Below, one piece after another: positions 17,395 to 20,863 of a DNA stretch of 20,863 nt. Position 1 is the stretch's first letter, and every line of letters starts with the position of its first letter. Origin of the DNA: Thermoanaerobaculia bacterium (lineage in GTDB: Bacteria; Acidobacteriota; Thermoanaerobaculia; Multivoradales; UBA5704); the NCBI GenBank assembly GCA_044226625.1, contig JBGAGQ010000086.1, positions 1 through 20,863 on the forward strand, written 5' to 3'. Both the position numbers and the translations under genes were made by a program. The notes beneath the pieces are model-generated. The model saw only the letters and a program-made list of their open reading frames with translations, was not told the DNA's origin and ran no database searches.

Positions 17395-18408
17395 TCAGGC
17401 GTCGCCGGTCGGCGTTTCCGGATGGTGGAGGCTCACCCGCCCGCGCCCGGAGCGCTTCGATTCGAACAAGGCGGCGTCGGCCGCCTCGAACAGCTGGCGC
17501 GGCGAGCGCATCGAAGGATCGAGTCCGGCGACGCCGAACGAGCACGACACCTCGATCTTGTAGTCCTCGTAGCGGTAATCCAGCTCGAGCACCCGCTCGC
17601 ACAACTTGCTGGCGAGCGTCTCGGCGCCCTCGGTCTCGGTCTCGGGCGCGAGAATCGCGAATTCGTCGCCGCCCAGGCGGGCGAAGATCTGCTCGGGCCG
17701 AACGACCTCGCGCACCAGGCTCGCGAGCTGCTTCAGGACGAAGTCGCCGCACAAGTGGCCGTACGTGTCGTTGACCTGCTTGAACTCGTCGATGTCGAAG
17801 GTGATCAAGGACAGCGGACGGCGATGGCGCAGTGCGCGAGCGAACTCGCGCTGCAGCTCCTCGTCGTACTTCCGCTTGTTGTAGATCTCGGTCAGCCCGT
17901 CGCGCATCACCAGGTCGTAGATCGCCTCGTGATACGCGTGCTCCGGATCGCGCTCGTGGAGGAACTTGAAATGCACCGCCGCGGTCTGGAACCGGTCGCC
18001 GCTCTGGAGCGGCGCCTGGCCGTTGATCCGCCGCCCGTTCACGTAGGTGCCGTTGGTGCTACCGAGATCCTCGATCGTCACCCGATGTCCGAAATAGCGG
18101 AGCCGGGCATGGGTACGCGAGATCGAGAGGACCTCGGGCAGGCTGATTCCGGTCGCGGCGCTACGGCCGATTTCGAGCGTCGTCCCCGGAGAGAGGCGAA
18201 ACCGGGAACCGAGGCGCTGGTTTTCCGGATGGGCGATCAGGATGATGCCGGCTTCGACCTCGACCGCCGCGGCTTCCGGCTCGGCTCCTCGCGACGCCGT
18301 GCTGATCGAAGCGGTCAGCCCGCTCTCCGAGAAGGGCGTCAGGTCGATGTTGTCGGTATCCGCATCGCGCACGGCGCCGAACGAGCCCGAATTGCGGGTA
18401 GAGGTCAT
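17395..18408 (-). CDS. FHA-domain diguanylate cyclase (GGDEF, 337 aa)
   Basis: FHA motifs IGRS, SISRTHA and DLGSTNGT. GGDEF motifs DGLTEIYN, DIDEFKQVNDTYGHLCGD and FARLGGDEF. Start ATG 18408 lies downstream of a predicted promoter; the longer ORF start falls inside the tRNA. Confidence 0.9.
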   Translation of the reverse strand: MTSTRNSGSFGAVRDADTDNIDLTPFSESGLTASISTASRGAEPEAAAVEVEAGIILIAHPENQRLGSRFRLSPGTTLEIGRSAATGISLPEVLSISRTHARLRYFGHRVTIEDLGSTNGTYVNGRRINGQAPLQSGDRFQTAAVHFKFLHERDPEHAYHEAIYDLVMRDGLTEIYNKRKYDEELQREFARALRHRRPLSLITFDIDEFKQVNDTYGHLCGDFVLKQLASLVREVVRPEQIFARLGGDEFAILAPETETEGAETLASKLCERVLELDYRYEDYKIEVSCSFGVAGLDPSMRSPRQLFEAADAALFESKRSGRGRVSLHHPETPTGDA

Positions 18409-18467
18409 AGCAATATCGCTGCTCGATCGCCAGGAAAGCCTCAAATCGAAGAGCCGATGGTCTTGAA

Positions 18468-18497
18468 AGGCTAGCATTCGAGCGAGGAAGCCGTCAA
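18468..18497 (-). promoter_or_regulatory. Putative sigma70 promoter for the FHA-GGDEF gene
   Basis: Minus strand TTGACG-N18-TAGCCT with TGn extension (ATGC TAGCCT), about 60 nt upstream of ATG 18408. Confidence 0.55.
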
Positions 18498-18547
18498 ACG
18501 AACCCGTCGCGACGAACGCCTCGCCTCCCCGCCCGCAAGATTCGGGT

Positions 18548-18578
18548 TTGACACGTCCACCTCGCTTTCGTCTACAAT
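18548..18578 (+). promoter_or_regulatory. Putative sigma70 promoter for tRNA-Leu
   Basis: TTGACA (18548-18553), 19-nt spacer, TACAAT (18573-18578), then a GC-rich discriminator-like stretch CCCGGCCCGG before the tRNA. Confidence 0.6.
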
Positions 18579-18591
18579 CCCGGCCCGGCAC

Positions 18592-18679
18592 GCGAAAGTG
18601 GCGGAATTTGGTAGACGCGCAAGATTCAGGATCTTGTGGTCGCAAGGCCGTGGGGGTTCGAGTCCCCCCTTTCGCACCA
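18592..18679 (+). tRNA. tRNA-Leu (anticodon CAG)
   Basis: Acceptor stem GCGAAAG/CTTTCGC plus ACCA. D-arm with TGGTAGAC. Anticodon arm CAAGA-TTCAGGA-TCTTG. Long variable arm GGTCGCAAGGCC. T-arm GGGGG-TTCGAGT-CCCCC. Confidence 0.98.
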
Positions 18680-18693
18680 ATCCCCTTCTTCCT

Positions 18694-20583
18694 TCATCGC
18701 ACTTCCCATACTTTGGCTTTCCCGTCGTCGTAGACGAGACGGAATCTCCGCGCGAAGCTCTCTCCGCTCGGCAGCGGAGGCGGGTTCCCCGAAAGCACCA
18801 ACAGGTGGGTGACGCCACGACGCCGTAGCTCCTCGGCGAGCGCATCGCCGTCCGCGACGTATCGCAACAGCTCCCGGAACGGCGCCGTTCCGTCCCAATC
18901 CCCCTGAAAGCGGCCCGGCGCGTAGTAGACGTGGTTCTCCGCGTAGAAGGCGTAGATCGACGCGTGTCGGCCTCGCGTCTGCTCGAGGAAGCGGAGCGCC
19001 GAGTACGCGGGGTATCGCGCGGCAAGGAAGTGGTCTCGCTCGACCGGAGAAACGGGAAGACGACCGAGCCGATGGATTTGGTACAGGCTCCAAGCCGTCG
19101 TCGGTGCGAGGGCGAGGAGGGCTGCCGCGGCCCAGATCTTGGGACCCTTGACGGGAACCGCCGACGGTACCTTCGACAGCGGCCCCACCATCCCCAGCGC
19201 GGCAGCCCCGACCAAGAGCGGCAGGATCGACAGGAGATACCGGCCATCGAGGGGCAAGAAGAAGAAGGCGAGGAGGTACGCCAGCGCGACGGCCAGCAGC
19301 CGACGGATCCGGCGGTCCCGCCGCGACGCGAAGAGCGCCACGCCGAGCGCGATCCAGAGGATCGGCGACCAGGGGGGCATGCGGCCGAACTCCGGCCGGC
19401 CGAACGTCGTCGTCCAGGGGAGCAGGGCCATCTGCGCGAGCTGGGCGATTCCATGGCCCTGCGACCAGGGGGCGAGCTCGCCCGGGCCACCCCAAGGCGA
19501 CGGACCGAACAGGCGTGGAAATAACGGGATCACCGGGTTGCCGGTGTAGACGGCGTTCCGGACGTACCACGGTAGCGCGAAGGCCAACGCTCCCCCGAGG
19601 CCCCAGGCGAGGCGCCGCACTCGCTCGGCGCGCGCTCCCCGACCGAGGACCGCGGCCGCCACGACGAGGCCGACCGGGAAGAGACCGAAGTACTTGATCC
19701 CGGCCGCCGTACCCGCGAACATCCCGACGAGGAAGCCGCGCCACCGGTCGTCGGTGCGGTCCCGGGTGCCACGGTCGAGCTGATCGAACGTCGCGACCGC
19801 GAAGAGAACCAGCATCGGCTCGCAGTAGGCGGTTCCCGCCAGATAGGCGATCACCGGACCGCCGAGGAACAGAGCCGCGGCGAGCCCTCCGGCATGGGCG
19901 CCCGATCGTCCGGGAGCCACTCGGTAGACCCACCCGAAGAGGATCGCGGCGGCGGCCAGGGTCGCAAGCAGAGACATCAGCTGCGCGGCGCGATCGCCCC
20001 CGAGGAGCATCGCTTCGGCGAACAGCACCTCGCTCCCCTGCGGGAAGACCGGAAACCGCAGATCCTCAAGGTACGGCAGCCCTCCGGTCGCGACGAACGC
20101 CTTGGCGAACGGCAGGTGGTACATCGTCGCGTCGAAGCTGTTCGGCGGGTAGAGCGCGAGAACGACGAGCAGCAGGACATTGGCGCCAGCGAGGCAGAGC
20201 GCCCAGCGGGGCCAGGTCGGCGGCTGGAAGACTCCGGGTCGTTGGGTCGCGCGGTGCCGAAGCTCGGCCGGTCGACGGAGGGCGTCGAGAATTCCGCCCC
20301 GAATTGCCAGCCCCCCTAGCAGGGCGGAGAGTCCCAGGATTCCCACGACGAGGCCCATGAGGTCGAGCCGACCGGCGATCCCCAGCCAGAATCCGAGCCC
20401 GATGAGCAGCGCGAGACCGGCCGCGAAATCCACGCCGAGCCGGGCGAGGCGCGGATCGGAACGCCGCGGCTCACCCACGCCACGGCGCAGGAGAGCCCCC
20501 AAGGCCAAAGCGCTTCCCCCCAGGGCCCCGGCGGCGCCGAGGGGCACGAGGAGATTCAAAAAGGCGGCGAAAATTTCGGTCAT
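18694..20583 (-). CDS. Polytopic membrane protein, probable GT-C fold glycosyltransferase (ArnT/PMT-like, 629 aa)
   Basis: ATG preceded by GGA-containing leader. More than 10 hydrophobic segments. Loop PPNSFDATMYHLPFAK after the early TM helices, AAGIKY, PWYVRN..TGNP, and a soluble C-terminal domain ending GVTHLLV...FRLVYDDG. Confidence 0.7.
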   Translation of the reverse strand: MTEIFAAFLNLLVPLGAAGALGGSALALGALLRRGVGEPRRSDPRLARLGVDFAAGLALLIGLGFWLGIAGRLDLMGLVVGILGLSALLGGLAIRGGILDALRRPAELRHRATQRPGVFQPPTWPRWALCLAGANVLLLVVLALYPPNSFDATMYHLPFAKAFVATGGLPYLEDLRFPVFPQGSEVLFAEAMLLGGDRAAQLMSLLATLAAAAILFGWVYRVAPGRSGAHAGGLAAALFLGGPVIAYLAGTAYCEPMLVLFAVATFDQLDRGTRDRTDDRWRGFLVGMFAGTAAGIKYFGLFPVGLVVAAAVLGRGARAERVRRLAWGLGGALAFALPWYVRNAVYTGNPVIPLFPRLFGPSPWGGPGELAPWSQGHGIAQLAQMALLPWTTTFGRPEFGRMPPWSPILWIALGVALFASRRDRRIRRLLAVALAYLLAFFFLPLDGRYLLSILPLLVGAAALGMVGPLSKVPSAVPVKGPKIWAAAALLALAPTTAWSLYQIHRLGRLPVSPVERDHFLAARYPAYSALRFLEQTRGRHASIYAFYAENHVYYAPGRFQGDWDGTAPFRELLRYVADGDALAEELRRRGVTHLLVLSGNPPPLPSGESFARRFRLVYDDGKAKVWEVR

Positions 20584-20666
20584 GGGAGGTCTTGCGGGCC
20601 GCTGGATCCTATGTCGTTCGGGCTTCCGCCGGGCAAAGGCCGCCCTCCGCTCCCGTTTCGAGCTAT

Positions 20667-20714
20667 CTACAGCATCTTGTGGTCGTTCTCCTGCGCCTCC
20701 CCTACTCCTTGTAG
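20667..20714 (+). promoter_or_regulatory. Candidate tandem NrdR-like boxes upstream of smc
   Basis: CTACAGCATCTTGTGG (20667-20682) and CCCCTACTCCTTGTAG (20699-20714) are 32 bp apart and resemble acaCwAtATmTwGtg. Both are imperfect matches. Confidence 0.4.
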
Positions 20715-20747
20715 CCGCTCGATGCCGTCTGGTAGGCTTACCGACCC

Positions 20748-20863
20748 ATGCTGAAAGTCGAACGCCTCGAGATCTCTGGATTCAAGTCTTTCGTCGACCC
20801 GGTCGCGGTCGACTTCGCCGGCGGCGTCACCGCGATCGTCGGACCGAACGGCTGCGGCAAATC
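20748..20863 (+). CDS. smc: Chromosome segregation protein SMC, 5' end (runs off the window)
   Basis: Translation MLKVERLEISGFKSFVDPVAVDFAGGVTAIVGPNGCGK(S) contains the GFKSF motif and Walker A GPNGCGKS. Not present in the ORF track. Confidence 0.92.
   Translation, partial: MLKVERLEISGFKSFVDPVAVDFAGGVTAIVGPNGCGK

Noticed and set aside
18592-18700. tRNA-Leu as an integration site for a genomic island
   Set aside because: No integrase, no duplicated tRNA 3' end seen in the window, and the flanking genes look native.

Overview
High-GC bacterial chromosomal window. The ADOP-type permease and overall gene content suggest Acidobacteriota; this is an inference. Almost all real genes lie on the minus strand. 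From the right end: the 5' end of smc (+), a GT-C-like membrane protein (-), tRNA-Leu(CAG) (+) and an FHA-GGDEF diguanylate cyclase (-). Next is a tightly coupled operon (-): YkgJ-family protein, recN, tsaC/yrdC, a SpoIVB/S55-like peptidase, a secreted beta-propeller protein, coaD and add. Further left are a 65-aa charged protein (+), an orphan duplicated ABC permease (-), a YyaL/DUF255 protein fused to a DsbD-N-like domain (-) and a secreted FN3 protein (-). The most unusual element is non-coding: an array of about 19 non-identical 20-bp units with a CGTCCC core (about 21-400). It is well conserved at the right end, decays to the left, and is bordered by an inverted GTAG-type REP pair. Other points of interest are the apparently circularly permuted S55 protease with its propeller partner, and tandem NrdR-like boxes upstream of smc. 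Most other ORFs in the track are high-GC shadow ORFs.
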